Shown here: positions 14,701 to 28,399 of the stretch, in pieces
How positions within the stretch are numbered: the stretch's first letter is position 1
Layout of the letters: every line of letters starts with the position of its first letter
Assembly (NCBI GenBank): GCA_036172245.1
Contig: JAYWIR010000015.1
Coordinates: 124,001-188,000, forward strand
From: Raillietiella orientalis
Lineage: Eukaryota
Reading direction: 5' to 3'
DNA length: 64,000 nt
Translations under genes and position numbers: made by a program
Notes under the pieces: model-generated
The model's database searches: none
What the model was told of the DNA's origin: nothing
The model's input: only the letters and a program-made list of their open reading frames with translations

Positions 14701-17700
14701 CCTGTTTCCAGGCACTACAGTCCGTGGGCGAAATAACAACTTAAATCTCCTCGTGGGCGAGCAGATTTTAGTTGCGGCCCTGCGCCATGGCAACCATCTG
14801 TCGAAGCTGATACCCGCATCGGGGCAGTTTTCGGTGGCTGCAGAAAAGAAAGGATATTAGCTTCTCCGAGCTGGCTGCTTGCTTAACCAGGACCCGAGTG
14901 GAGACGCACCGATGGGCTCATCCCAAACTTCGGAGTTAGGGCTAATCTTCGGAATGGAGCTGACGCTCCATCCTTTCCAGCTTCAGGATGCCGAGGTCGG
15001 CATCCCAATTCGGGCCTTCAAACGGGTCACGATCGTTGGGTCGGACACGAGTCTCGTGCAAGGTCACTGACAGTTAGAAATCCTCATCTACGAGCACCCA
15101 TGAGAAGAGCCGGTCAGCTTACGTAGGAGGAGCATCGGCTCTTCCTAGATGTGTGATGCGTAACATGGATGCACTTAGAAAGCTCAAGGATCGAGACCTG
15201 CGGAAGAATTCCTTTGAGCGCTTCTTCAGCAAATCGCACTCCAGGAAATGAGCTCTTGGAGCTCATTTCCTGGAGTTTTTCAACAGAATTGGAAGACGCA
15301 CTGCAAGGAATCGTCTTCTGTGCCCTGGGAAACCAACCGTGCCAAACTTCAGTCTTGCATCAAATTTCCCACTGTATCGAACACTCGTTTAAGTCAATTC
15401 CTCTTATTCGTCCAAAGGTCTCTTGCCGGGTCCATGGTGGTGCCGGCCACCAACATGGATCCTGAGGGGTCAGCTCCGGAAGTTGCGTCTGCCGCCGTGT
15501 TCGCCTCAGGAATCGGAAAGCTTAGTCACCAGAGGCGGTCCCTCAAACACTTCTGATGAGTCGGCAGCAGAACTCATCGAGAGCAACCACCTCGAGGGTA
15601 TCGAGACGGTCGGTACCCTTCTCGGCTGCTGTTAAATGGCGGCAATGTTCTCTGAGTTCTACCGGCCTGCCCAAACAACCGCACTGTAGAGTTTTCCTCG
15701 GTCTCCCCTTCGTGCTAACACACAACCCGGACAGCAACGAGGGGATTCTGCCTTCGCGAAACGAAAGCGGCTCGTAGGCATTTTCGCGAGTCTCATGGCT
15801 CTTCATCCGAGAGGAGTTCGCTCTTGAGGGTGCCACCTGTTCCGTCCAGCAACATGTGAAATTCATCGAGTAGTGAGTCGAGGGATAGAAAGCTTCCTGT
15901 AGTGTTTGCGGAGGAGCGTGAAATTCGAGACTTCAGTCTTGCCTTTGGGAATGAGCTCGTTGACCCGAGCCACCAACGCGCTATGCCTGCACTGTGCTTG
16001 AGGGTTGGATTTCACTTTTATTCTCAGTTCGTGGACGAAATGCGAACGCCTTCGGGTCGATAATTCTTCCCGCCTGTCGATCATCTAGCAAAGTGCAAGA
16101 AGAAGAAGGGAACACAAGCGGCTGGCATCGTGACGCAGTGTTGTGAGTGTCATTCAATCACAAACACCAACTCGCATGATTATTTCCGCAGCAGCATCCC
16201 ATATGGTTTGGAAGGAACGCTTTGCACTTGGAGCCTTCCTTGAATGCTTCCACGACCTCTCACTGCCTGAAACAAGGATGAATTTGGCATGGGTCTGAAA
16301 CAGCAGCTGTCATTGACACTGTTTCCAGCGCACACTCGACTCAGTCCAGCGCCAGTCTACCGCTCCCTAAATCTAAAATCCAAGGAGCTGTTGCAGAAGA
16401 CGTGCGATCGCATCAGGGAACAGACAGAAGTTTTGCAAAATTTTCGCGGAAAGATCCGGTGCTTCCAGTTATCACGAAGGTCAATGAAGAGTGTCGATAA
16501 CGCTCTCGAATAAGGACGTGCTCGTACTGCCTTGCTAGACAAGTGTACGTACATCAGTGCGTGCACCCATCCTTCCAATTTATTTTCCTTCCAGGAACAA
16601 CTTGCACGTTGAATTGCTGTTCAACCCTTTCTATTCCGACCCGTTCCTCCGTGTTATGGAATTCTTCCCTTATGCTTCAGCCGGCTTTAGTTCCAAACAT
16701 CACTGCTGCACAAAAGCTATCCTTCCTCGCATGCTGCGTGAGCAGCAAAACGGAAGATTTTGCATTTGAAAGCAACTTGGTCACTGGAACGGAAGGACAG
16801 CAATCGAAAAGGCTGAATGCTCTTCGTAAAATCGTGCAGCTATATGTGGGCGGGATCCGACTGTACTCTTCGAAAAATTCTCTGTTTCTCCCTTTCATCA
16901 GACAGGGGACAAAACAAACCTGAGAACAAGCCTCCTCCGGGGATGGGGCGCATGGAATCTCAAAAAGATGCAATGAGAAATTTTCTTCTGAGAGCATAGG
17001 ACGTGGTGCTCAGAACCGAACGTAGGGATTTCCGAGTGCTAAAAAGCATCGCGAAAGTCGCACCCGTTGTTCACGTCTTTTTCCTTCTTATTTATTAGCC
17101 TTTCACCTTCCCTTTCTTTCCTTGGGGAGCGGTAAAATTTTCGAACGTTTTCTGGAACTCGTGTTTGAGGAAACTGGAGATTTCCTGTAAAATCCTTTTC
17201 AATCTGCAGGGAGCAATGTAATTTAGATATACTTTCAAGAGTACGAAAGATTGCTTTCCAGATCTTTGTCTTTTTTTTCTTTTTTTTTCCTTCCTTGCTG
17301 ATAAAAATTTAGTTAATAAATAATTGCAGCAGTTGCTTTAGAGACACAAATGAGCATAAGTTGGACTTCCCGAATTTCTTACAGAAGCAAATTGCTGGAA
17401 GTCCTTCAAGACGTTTCTACTGATGACTGTTTGTTGAACCAATCCTTGGGACCGGTTTTCGGCCAATCGTGTGAGTTTTTGCGCATTTTGTAGGTGATGC
17501 TCATTGTGGGCACCACGGGAAGCATCTAAACACTTTGTCAGTTCCTTTCCAGCTTAATCTTGGATTATGGAATCGTCCTCGGTGAGAATGCCAGCACGAA
17601 GGTCTAAGCCAGCGATACTCAGTCTACGACCCGAGGGCCGCATGCTGCCCACCAAGCTTCCATGTGCGGCCCATGTCATTCACAGCCATCAAGTATTTTT

Positions 17701-19102
17701 TAAAACTTCTGACAGTAGGCCAATGGTTTTTAGAAAAGGCAAATTGCGAGCGGTTGGCACCCACGAGCAAAGCGCCTCTCGCGGGGCTGTCGTTTGTTTG
17801 TTTAGTGGTTCAGTGCAATGACGTAGTTGTGTACAGTTTCTCTTGTAATTTGCAGTGTTAGTACGCAGAAAGAACACAGTCTGTATTTAACTCGCCACGA
17901 TTAAAAACGTATTTGTTTACATCCATCCATTTTTCAGATTTTTGTTTGCATAAAATATATGAACGTAAAAAAAGATGTATTCTGTTAAAATTTGTAGAAT
18001 TAATTCAAATATATTAACGTATGAAAATCTTTCACATGATTATGTTATAATATATAACATACTGTGTACAGCCCGCGTACGTTGCAAACTTATGTATGTG
18101 GCCTGGCAAGAAGAGAGGTTGAGTATCAGTGGTCTATGCAAAAGAACTCCTAGCAGAATGTAATGGCTTGACAATTATTTAATCTCGTCTTTAATAATTA
18201 ATTGGAAAAACACAATTCACTCACTGCACGCGGAGTGATGTAAAGAGTTAATTTGTGAAGGTTTCTTAGAGCGAAAGTAAGTGCTGTCAAGCAAGGAATA
18301 ACGGGAAGGGGATAGAAAACAAAAAAGTCTCACTTTAGAAAAGGAGATCCAGCCTCACGGGATGGGAAAAACAAATCAGTTAGAAATCCTGCCCCATCAC
18401 TAACTCCAACTACGGTCAGGTGTAATTTTATTTCCCATTTAATCATTCCCATAAGTGATGGATGAAACGATTAGTTCCATAAGTCATGCACTGGAATGCT
18501 GCAAGGGAGTTCTAAATGCCGAAGGACTCATCATTTGATATACTACATTCCAAGGAAAATAGAGTCATTCCCCGGAAATAAAACAAAGGAGAACCGGATT
18601 GCTGCAGCTTCCATCAAGTAAAAGTCCCAAGTGTTCGTGTCGTAAGTTCTATCTGTTCGCGAGCAGGGTATCCGTCTCACCTAGAAACAGAATCAGGGAA
18701 GGCAAAGAAACATTCTCGAGTCCGTGGGAACTCATCTTCATGATGTTTGATGCGATGGATTTCCTGCTCAGGGAATCCACCCCACAGTCGACACTCCTCT
18801 CAATTGACATACTGCTTTGGAGCTACCACATGCTTTTCCCGTATGCTGGTTCTCCTTGGAGCTGAATGACAATCCGCAAAGCCTGGGCTTGGCAGTATCG
18901 GTCAATGTCCTCGATTCTTCTGCGAAACTGAGCTGCATCAAAGGAACGAGAGCTCATGGCCGTTGGTCGGACTTTTCTTAGCACGACCGGACACGACGTG
19001 GGCGGATCAAGGCGTGCTACGCTCTAAACTCGAGGCTACTGAAGAGTCCTGCCATTTTCGAACAGTGCCATGTTCTTGCAAATCACTCCACGAAGGCAGA
19101 TG

Positions 19103-19330
19103 ACCCTTCAATTCCATGTGGCCTCATCATAGGTAAAGGGTAGCCTTTCGTGGCTTCCCGTCCGAACGGCGACCCTGACAACTCCCCGAAGGATTCTGAG
19201 CAGCCCTCCCGTGCTCCCGGTGTCACCCTCGCAAGAGTTTCCCGGGATGACCGCCTGCCAGCCAGACAAACAGCCTTCCTCTCGCCCACACGATTTCTTC
19301 CTGCGGATCGTCAACGCCCGTCGGAGGAAG
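19103..19330 (+). repeat. Repeat family B fragment (third copy)
   Basis: Aligns to 20172-20399 and, inverted, to ~33985-34215. ORF track shows shared ASRPNGDPDNS.KDSEQPSRAPGVTL. Confidence 0.9.
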
Positions 19331-20035
19331 GAGGAATGAAGAAACAGGAAAACTCATCCCCGATCAGCGTCTTGTCGTCGTTTTACCGCTGAACCGTCCT
19401 CTTGGATCGAAGCAACGAATGCATAGATCAGCAGTGCACGAATGCCCCTGCGATTGCATCTGCGTAATGCATGATGTCCGTCTTCATCTTTAGGTCCATC
19501 CATGCCTAACGCAAGGTGCCTTCTCCTGCAAGGCATCTTGAAGAATCCTTCTGAACGGCTTCTCTTTCCACAAAGCCGAGCTGTGAAAACAAGGATTTCG
19601 AGGAATAACCAGGAGAAACTTTGCGATTAGCGACGAGAAGTCTCCGAGTCCTCATGCGTAAAAGAGAAAGAAATCAGACAAGCAGACGAGGGAAACATTT
19701 TTTTTTTTTTCTTTTATCTCAGGCGAAGGACTCAAATCCCAAAACGAGTGTTTCGTACAAGCAAGTCTACAAAAATGCTCCTCAGATAAGATGAATTCAG
19801 ACGTTTACGAGGGCATTCCGGAAAGAAACAATAGAAGTATACTTCTCGTCCAGGAATTTGTCTGACTAAACGGTAAACCGATAGCCATTCCCCAGCTCAT
19901 GAGACCCGAAAGAATGAAATTAGCGGCACGCCATCAGCTGATAGCCAGGGCCCGAGTTTAGAGTTGAATTCCACGGGAGGCTGAAGAATTGCCGTTTGCT
20001 TTCAAACAAATTGGAACGGAGCGTCTTCAAATGCC

Positions 20036-20459
20036 CGAGACAAGTCCTCAAACGAGGAGCGTTCCCGAATTTTATCCCCGAGGCTGCAAATGAGCAGTGC
20101 AGTCGAGTCAGCACAGCTCTTCTCCCTTCTTCAATCAGAGTCGGAAAACACCATCACCACCACCAACAAATCCCTTCAATTCCATGTTGCCTCATCACAG
20201 GTCAAGGGCAGCCTTTCGTGGCTTCCCGTCCGAACGGCGACCCTGACAACTCCTTGAAGGATTCTGAGCAGCCCTCCCGTGCTCCCGGTGTCACCCTCTC
20301 GAGCGCTTCCCGGGTTGACCGCCAGCCAGCCAGCAAGCGACCTTCCTCTCGCCCACACGATTTTTTCCTGCGGGTCGTCAACGCCCGTCTGAGGAAGGAG
20401 AGAAGAGTCATGAGGTCATCAGTCCCCTTCGACCGCGCGACACGGAAGCTGCAGGAGGC
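20036..20459 (+). repeat. Repeat family B, copy 1 (older, diverged part of duplicated module)
   Basis: Reverse complement of 33927-34349 aligns end to end, with frequent substitutions. Confidence 0.9.
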
Positions 20460-20471
20460 ATCGGGAGCGAG

Positions 20472-21177
20472 CTGTCTCAACGAAGGCTCTCGCGCCCTAC
20501 CCAAGCGAGCGGGAAACAGCAGCGGCTCGCAAGCCGCCGAACGGAAGGAGGAGACAGTTCCGTGCAGGCGTGTCCGAGACGAGGTCAGCCTCGGGCAAGC
20601 GGCAGCTGTCAGTGCCGCTGCTCTCTCGAACGCTTCCGTGCTTGTGCCGAGTCGCAGCAGGTCAACATGACCACGGCCGGTGGCCGCCCGGCGGACGAAG
20701 GCTCAGCAACGAGCCGGAGACCGCTTCCGGTTGCGGAGCCGGCGCTGCGTGGGGCTGCACGGAGTGCCGGCGGGGCGAGAGGAGCGAAGCCGGGAGCGAG
20801 GGTCCCCAGCAGCAAGCGTCCGGCAGCAAACTCGAAGAGGCCCCACGCAGCGTTCCTGCCCGCCCGTCGGCACGGGGGACACCAGCGCCCCCTCGACGCA
20901 CTGCGCTGCGCTTCGCCGGGCCTGCCTTGGCGACGGACGCACAGCGGCCCGCAGGATCAACGGCGTGGAGCCTCCTGCTGTCACCTCCTAAGGTGCGCCC
21001 CGCGTGCTGCTCGGATTGACGGCTCCTCCTGCCGCGCGTCGGACGAAGGAGGGGAGCGGCTGCCGTGCGCGGCGCCAGGGTCCCGACGGTCGCATCCTTC
21101 CTGAGCCCGCTGCACGATCGCGGGGCCGTCCGTCCGCCGCGCCTTCGACAGTGCATTCGATCCGCCTGGCTGCAGGG
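20472..21177 (+). repeat. GC-rich ~700 bp repeat, near-identical inverted copy of 31611-32316
   Basis: ORFs 20562..21104(+) and 31684..32226(-) give 180-aa translations differing at one residue. The 103, 93 and 68 aa ORF pairs are identical. Confidence 0.97.
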
Positions 21178-21214
21178 ACAGCGGACTCTCGTCGGTGCGC
21201 TGCTGACCGTACCC

Positions 21215-21960
21215 ACCGTTGGCGGCTGAGTGGCTGCGGACTCCGAGCGTGGCACCGAGCGTCGCGGGTTCGAATCCCCAAGTGGAGAATTGATGACGAG
21301 AATGGGGGGTGCGTCGTGGGTTTCGAGTCTCTCCCTCAGGACGGTGCTGGTTGGCCTTGGAGGCTTCAGGTATGGCACCGGAGGAAGCCGAATGCCCCAT
21401 TGAGTCGTTGGGGTTGAAAGTTGACTTTCCGGGTTCCTTTCAGGAGCCGGTTCCCTTCGGGGCTCCCCTTCGGTTGCGAAAAGGGAGTTTTCCTCCCCCT
21501 CTATGAAGGGGGGGGGGGACCCTCCATCACTTTCCGTGGAGCTCCATGGACCTCTCCAATGAGGAAGGAAGAAGCGCTCTGCTCCCTTCGGGGGAGGGGG
21601 GAACGCCCTCCAGAGAAACTTGGAAGCGTCCTTTCGGGATTCTCTCCAGAGAAGGAAACAAGGAGCGGTTCTTCCTTTGAGGGTTCCATTCCCCGGGGGA
21701 AGAAATTCCAGGAGCAGATACTTTCTGCGTTCACTCTTCCGGAGACAATTAGGAAGAGGCTCCTTGGAGATTCTTCACCAAGCTCAAGAGGAACTCCTTC
21801 CTCCGGAACCCTTCCTGGAATCATAGGGTGACCTTTCCGGAGTTAACCTCTAACACACGCACCCTTGGGTGGAGTGGACATCGTCAAAGAGCTTCGTGAG
21901 CTCTTCCTGAGGAGGCGAACAGTTCTTTAGCACTTGGCGAGCTAAAAAGAAAGCCGAATA
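21215..21960 (+). mobile_element. tRNA-derived SINE-like family A, long form (~740 bp)
   Basis: A-box-like CGGCTGAGTGG at 21223-21233 and B box GGTTCGAATCC at 21267-21277, 33 nt apart. Body shared with other copies in the window. Confidence 0.75.
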
Positions 21961-21979
21961 GAAAGGGCATTTCTTGGGA

Positions 21980-22340
21980 AGCACCATCAGTTGGGATGCG
22001 TCTGACATGAGCCTCCTCGATATCTCTGTTACGATCGGGCCCATTTCAGAGCACGTATGGAACAAGATATTCACCGTGGATAAGGGTGCTCTTCCCTTGG
22101 GAATTCTCCCTGTCCACAGGACTGGGTAAAGAGCGCCGCTGGCTGTTTTCGGTGGATGGCATGTTTCCAGGACCGGAACGGAGGTCAAGTATCTTTAGGG
22201 CTTCTCAATGAGATCGATACCGGATAAGGGTTCAGGATTGAGGTCGATCGATGCCATGAGATGAGAAGCAAAGGCTGCTTAAGATAGAGTCTTTACCCCT
22301 GCTGAGCAGGCAGCTCTGAAGCTGCGTGTCCCCTTGAATT
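21980..22340 (-). mobile_element. LINE ORF2 post-RT fragment
   Basis: LLSRGKDSILSSL followed by LWTGRIPKGRAPL...CSEMGPIV resembles the LSxxGRxxLIxS / FLW...EGGLG region. Confidence 0.35.
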
Positions 22341-23449
22341 CTAAGCGTGGCTTCCAGGTTTCCTGAGGGGCGGTTATTCAGAAGGTGGTGATGCTCCACC
22401 GAATCTTCCCTCGGAAAACAGACAAAAGCGCCGACGGCTTCGAGACCTGAATTTGCATCCTACGTGTGAAAGGGGGGAGCCCTTCGACGTAGCGCGCGAA
22501 GAAGCGAGAAGGTCAGCAGACTTTGCAAGGATGCACGTGCCTTTTTGTAGAACCCATGCTCTCTCCATTGTTCTGGCTTTTTTTTTTTTCTTTCTAATCC
22601 TACAGTCCGAGAAATTTCAGGGTATATCCGACCACTGATGGATTTCCGTACAGTGCCGTGCATGGCAGAGCTTTTCGCAGCAACGCGGGTATTACAGAGG
22701 GTAAACTGCAGCCCAACCGGTAGGTGCAGTCAAACAAGCGAACGGACGACAAAGAGCCTCCCGACACCCTATTGCTGAATGCAACGAGATGCTGCATCCG
22801 CGCCATAGTAACAGCTCGCTCCGTGATGAGGTCTCATTCGCAGCGGAGGGAGACCATCCGAATGGGAACGGCTACAAGGCGGCCTCACCTGAAAGCAGTC
22901 GCCAAGGAGATTCAGTGCCAGCTCGAGGATGGAAGCAGTGGCTGAAGCCAAAGACCCCTGTCCCTACTTTACCCCCTTTCGTGCTTTGTTTATTGTCCCT
23001 TTCCTCCTGCTCCTGACTCCCTTAGAATCGGGTCTGCGTGGCGGTAGTCATACTCAGTGAACTTTCCTTTTTGCAGTTGTTGTATTTTTGTATTTAGAGG
23101 ACGCGGTCCCTTCTGACTTGCAATTTATTTATTTTAAATAAACGCCCCAGCGTGAAGCCCCTCTTCTATTTTCGGTACGCCAGTGCTGGAAAGCTCCCCC
23201 CCTTCCCAAAGGTGGTCGAACTATATCGTTCCTTCGAGACGAACCGGATCCGAGAGCAAAAGTCCGCACTGATTGGAGGGGGTCTGTGGCCGAGCATCGG
23301 TATAAACGTTGCACTCAGACCCGATCCGTGCCTCAGAACGGAATCTCCTGACCCCCAGATCCGTATTTGTGGATGTAATGGCAGCGATTACGTTTCAGAA
23401 GTTTGGTTGAAAGATCAGAAGCGGGAACAGCTAGGTGCATAACTTATCT

Positions 23450-24100
23450 CATGTTACATTGATCGGACGCAAATAGCCGGCCGCACAGAAAAGCTTTCCG
23501 GAAACTTTCCAAGACAATGCTGCAGAGAAGCGCTCCACCAAATAAATTGCTTGTGCTGAGAGTAGTTTCCTGAACATCTATTGAAACGACGGCCCCGCTG
23601 TTCGCAAAATTCGGGAATTCCCGGAGTTTCGAAAAGGGAATATCTCTTTTTCTAAAATATGAAACTGCTGAAAAAGACCGGTGTACCCTGATCACAGCCA
23701 TCATCTGTAGAACTCAACGAGCGGACTACGGTCCTGCGTTTGACAGGATCGCTGAATGGAACGCGAGATAAAGGAAAGGCAGGAAGATAAACCGATTAAT
23801 GAATCGTGGAAAGATTAATCTGATTTGGTACATGGAATGAGGCACCAGGTGCATCTCCAAAAGGCAGGAGTGCTCAGTTTCCGACGTTGATGTGATTAGC
23901 TGCACGAATACTTTGAATCCAAATGCGCTAATGTGGAATCCCCTCGTCCAGGATGCTATTCACTCCTTGGTATGCATCGTTTTGTCTGGCATAGCAATCT
24001 GAATCCCAGCAAAAGTACATAGAGATTTTTTCAATTCTTCCTCCGGAAGCGGAAGGTGCAACCTGAAAATCAAGGAAGCAGGGTGAAGCAACTTCAGCTT
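23450..24100 (-). mobile_element. LINE RT fragment (decayed)
   Basis: SYFRKRDI...VVSIDVQET...IVLESF (ORF 23444..23704) resembles GFxxGRxI / LDxEKAxD / LxxxGF. Confidence 0.3.
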
Positions 24101-25104
24101 CTTCGGTCTTACCGATGGTCCACGTTCCACGTTTGCACGACAACTATATGGCGCACATCCTGTGGCCTTCCCAAACCTCTCTTGGGATGAAAAACTGGAT
24201 GGAACTGGGATTAAAAAAATGCTTGATGAACAGTTTCCAAAAATTCTATGGACTCAATTCTACTGTTTCTCATGCTGTTAAAGCCAAATTTGCATTCCCA
24301 AGCATCTTACACTGATCGTTATGTTTGTCCATTCTACATAACTTCTGATCGTAAAGGGATGTCGTCAACTACCGGACATTCCACAAATTCTGTGTTGGCT
24401 GTTGCTGACTACAGCTCGGACATCCCAGAACTGGATCAAAAGGGAGGTGGCATTATTATGTCAACTAGAAAGTTAAATGATGAATGATTCCATGACCTCT
24501 CTTTTAGAGACGGCTGTCTGGCTTGTAAATGCAAGCATGTTCTTGTTTGGTGTTCAAGTCCTACGGCAGCCTGCCCTCCGAAGGATTCTTTGCCCATCCT
24601 TCATAGTATGCTTTGGTTACCCTGGTTCCTCCTCATGGACACTTTTTATCGCTCTAGACAGAGGAATTTTTTTTTTTTTTTTTAGAGAGTGCGGCTGCTG
24701 ACATCTTTTCTAATCATCATTGTGTTCACTGTTAGGGTACGCAAACATCACCCACCACGAAGGCAACTTCAGGTCCTTCGTCGATGCTCATCTCTTGCTT
24801 GCCGTTATGCTTTTTCCTGTTGTCGTTACTTTCAAGTGCCTTTCCGAGGAATGGAAAGCCATGTTTCCTGATGACTGCGAGCGACGCGAAATGGCGGCTC
24901 ATGTCTTTTGTGCACAGACACCGTGCCAGACACCCGAGCAAGCTGCCTCCTCATTCCAGGGGAAGCCAAAAGATCTATTCAGCGTGGGATGGAGCTTCGT
25001 TACAGCGGCGATGTGAGTTTCTCCTCCAGCTTAAGAGCTGCCGAAAGTGAGAACTCTCAGAATAGAACCGGAAGCAACGGAAACATCAAGCTGTTGAAAA
25101 AATG

Positions 25105-25820
25105 ACGTGTGGCTACGGCCTCCGCACGTGGCAACAAACGTTGAGGGTTCGAATCCCCACGCGAAGGATCGACGCAAAAGAAATGGGTGCGTCGTGGGTC
25201 TCTAGGCTCCCCCACAGGATGATGCTGGTTGGCCTGTAGGCTTCCGGTGAGGCACTGAAGGAAGCCAGAATCTCCCCGTCGACTGGCCAGGATCTGAAGT
25301 TGACCCTCTAGGGTCCTTCCAGGAATCAAGGAGCCGTTTCCTTTCGGAGTTTCCCTCAGGTTGTGGAGATGGAGCCGTACATGGAGATGGTTGATACTCC
25401 TCTCAGGAGGTTGCCTCTCCAGAGTGTAAGAAGCACGCTGCTCCCTCCGGGGAGCGTCCTTCAAAGAAGTTTGGAAGCGTCCCTTCGGGATTTTCTTCAG
25501 AGGAATAACAAGGAGCGGATCCTTTCCGGGTTCCCTTCGCAGAAGAAATGAGGGCTGACCCCGGAGGTGGTCAGTCCTCATTTCCTCCGGGGGACCCCTC
25601 TGAGAAGGATAAGGAATAGGCTTCCTTTGGGGTTCTTTAACAAGCGTAAGAGGAACGGAACTCTTCATCCGGAGCTCTACTGGATTTGTATGGTGGTCCC
25701 TCCGGGAGTCGTCCCCTAACTTGAAGAGTTTCTCGCACCCTCGGGTGGCGTGGACAGTGTTAAAGGGTTTCGTGAGTCCTAGGTGAAAGGTTCTTGAGTA
25801 CTTCGCAAACCAAAAAGAAC
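25105..25820 (+). mobile_element. tRNA-derived SINE-like family A, long form
   Basis: B box GGTTCGAATCC at 25146-25156, GGGTGCGTCGTGGG core and 3' CACCCTCGGGTGGCG at 25736-25750. Confidence 0.75.
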
Positions 25821-26369
25821 AAAAAACAAATGGCATCAAAAAAAAAATAAAAAATGGCAACTGCCCCTACGAAAGAGAAGGTGGGTTCATCTAAATAAGA
25901 ATTTCCAACGAAAGCGGGGCAACTTCACGAGATGGTCAGGAATGCTCCGTGCAATTTGGTGCAACTCTTTAGAAAAGCTCTGCTTACGATGGTCTGCACC
26001 TTTTCACCCAGGAAGTGTCAGTGAGGATTCTCTGCAGCTTCCGCTTGTTTGGCACATCACTCGGGCGGTCAGAGGTGCGCTCAATGAGACTCCTGGCGTC
26101 TAGGAAGGCTCAGAAGAACTGCTGGCAGCTTCACCCTGGAACTTGCTTGCTTCATCAGGGTCTCAACGACGAACAAACTGGAAACGTCTGTAGGAATGGG
26201 GGCTGCTTTTCATAACAGTCATCCTGTGAATAAGATCAGGAGGGCGCCTATGAAGGGAAAAATGCGAAGGAACCGCTGGCATTTCTGCGTTGCCATTGGC
26301 TTTGGCATCATTAACTGTAGTGAACTGTCATTGCTCGACGTCCGTATCAATCAAAATACCGAAAGATCA

Positions 26370-27130
26370 TAAAAAATAAATACATATTCATATATTCAGG
26401 TGTAAATATTGATACATGAATTAATGTACAAAGATTATAATCAATAAATATATATGCTCGTTGTTTATATTGATATATATTTATATATGGATTAATATAT
26501 ATTATGAAGATTATAAAAAATAAACATGTATGCTTATTCTACATAGATTAATGCACAAATTTATTTGAACACACATAGTTACTCATATTTATTAACTACA
26601 TATTATTAGCAATTATGTTATTGGAGCAGATATATTTATTAAGATTCAGTGACATACATTTTAGTAATAAAATGAATAAGTTGCTTTTATTGTTAATATA
26701 TATTTGAAAGAATATAATAAATAAACATATATGCCTATTATATACATCATTATCTATAGATAATATAAATAAACACATATGTGAATATAAATATGTACAT
26801 AGATGTATATATAAATATATGTATAAATATATACATAAATACATAAAATATTTATCTTTATAATCTTCATCATATATTTTAATTCATATATCAATCTTTA
26901 TATAAATATATATGTAAATGTACATACATAAGCAGCATACATATTTATTTTCCATAATCCTTCAAATACATATTAGCAATAGAATCAACAACCTATTCAT
27001 TTTATTACTAAAATGTATGTCACTGAATCTTAATAAATATATCTGTTCCAATAATATTACTCTTAATAATATGTACATAAATAAATATGAATAACTGAGT
27101 ATATTCATACTGTAATTTGTAGGTTAATCT
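26370..27130. repeat. AT-rich island with long inverted repeat (foldback-like)
   Basis: 26627-26678 is the exact 52-bp reverse complement of 26994-27045. Imperfect arms extend to ~26565-26745 and ~26925-27108. Confidence 0.9.
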
Positions 27131-28399
27131 ACGTAGAATGAGCGTACATGTTTCTTTCTCATGACCCTTTGGGATTTTGGCGTTCGGGATTTCGAGAGAC
27201 CCTCGACATGACTTTAAGGCCTCAGGATTCATTTATCTGAGTCACAAATAATCACCAAAAAGGCTGCCGTTTGCATTTCCTTCTGGGTCCCACATAGTAA
27301 AAACTCCATGTCAATCAAAGAATTGAAGGAGCTGGCTCTACGGATTGAAGAGCAGGGGCACCTCCATTTTTCATAGAAGGACGGAGATGATTTGTCAGTG
27401 GAAATGTCATTTCCAGCCTGTTTCCAAGGTGCGATAGTCGAAAGGGTTTCTTGGAAGCAGTTCCATGACGCTTCAGGATGGTTGGTTCAGATTTTTAAGA
27501 CGCCTTTGATGGCCTAGGAGTTCTAGAAATCCACACCAATACTTGGACCAGAATTCCTCTCCGATTTGTACAGTGAGGAAATACAATAAGCACACTGAAG
27601 ATGAGTTTGTCCGTGTGAGGACAGCATCTAAATTATGCAAGAGAAGAAGAAAAGTCTTCCATTGAATTGTAGGTCATGGCTACTCGGTGAAAGAGTCCCA
27701 CTCCTTTGGATGCATTTGTGAAGAATTTCTAGCAATTCCCCCCCCCCCTTCCATCTCTGCCTTTTGCCCCAACCTGGTCCTCACGCGTTTATCTACATCT
27801 GGTGAACGTGGGCGGTACTCATTCCAAATAAGAAAATGGAACTCTCACACCTGGTTGCTTCAAAGGGAAAGATCACACGGGAGGAGAATATTCTGACCCC
27901 GCGGGGTAGCTCATCACACACAGGGGAAGACAGTCCACTGCCATCTGGAGAAGGTTTTCACATTAAGCCGGCTGAGTAGCGAAAGCACGCGCGAATAGAT
28001 CGTTTGCCCAGATGGTTCCAGATGTTCTCGAACTGGATAAACCGCATCCTCCATACCAAACTTGGAATATGAGGAGAAGCCCGTCCTTGTGAGAAAGAAA
28101 GAAAGAAACGTGTGGTTCAAGAGTAGTGGTGAAGGAAACGATGGGCAACTTCCAAGGCACCATTCCACAGATCGGAGACTGGAGCTTACCGAAGCTGCCC
28201 AAGGACTTGCAGTGTGGAGGCCAGCAGGGATCACTATGGGAAACTTACGAGTCACTCCCAGAGATCTTGTTGGCGGCAATGCCATGGTTGATTCACCAAT
28301 GAGCACATGCAGATTTGCTCTAGAGGATATGCATGTCTTAGGGCATCTTCCTATGCGAATAGAAAAGCAGAACTACGTTAAGCAACCATGAAGTACTTT

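Noticed and set aside
17887..18251. piggyBac-like MITE (TTAACTC...GAGTTAA around an AT-rich stretch)
   Set aside because: The inverted match extends only 3 bp beyond TTAA, which is compatible with chance.
21215..21285. tRNA gene
   Set aside because: A/B boxes are present, but acceptor and anticodon stems do not pair properly, and the head is fused to a dispersed repeat body, so it is treated as a SINE head.
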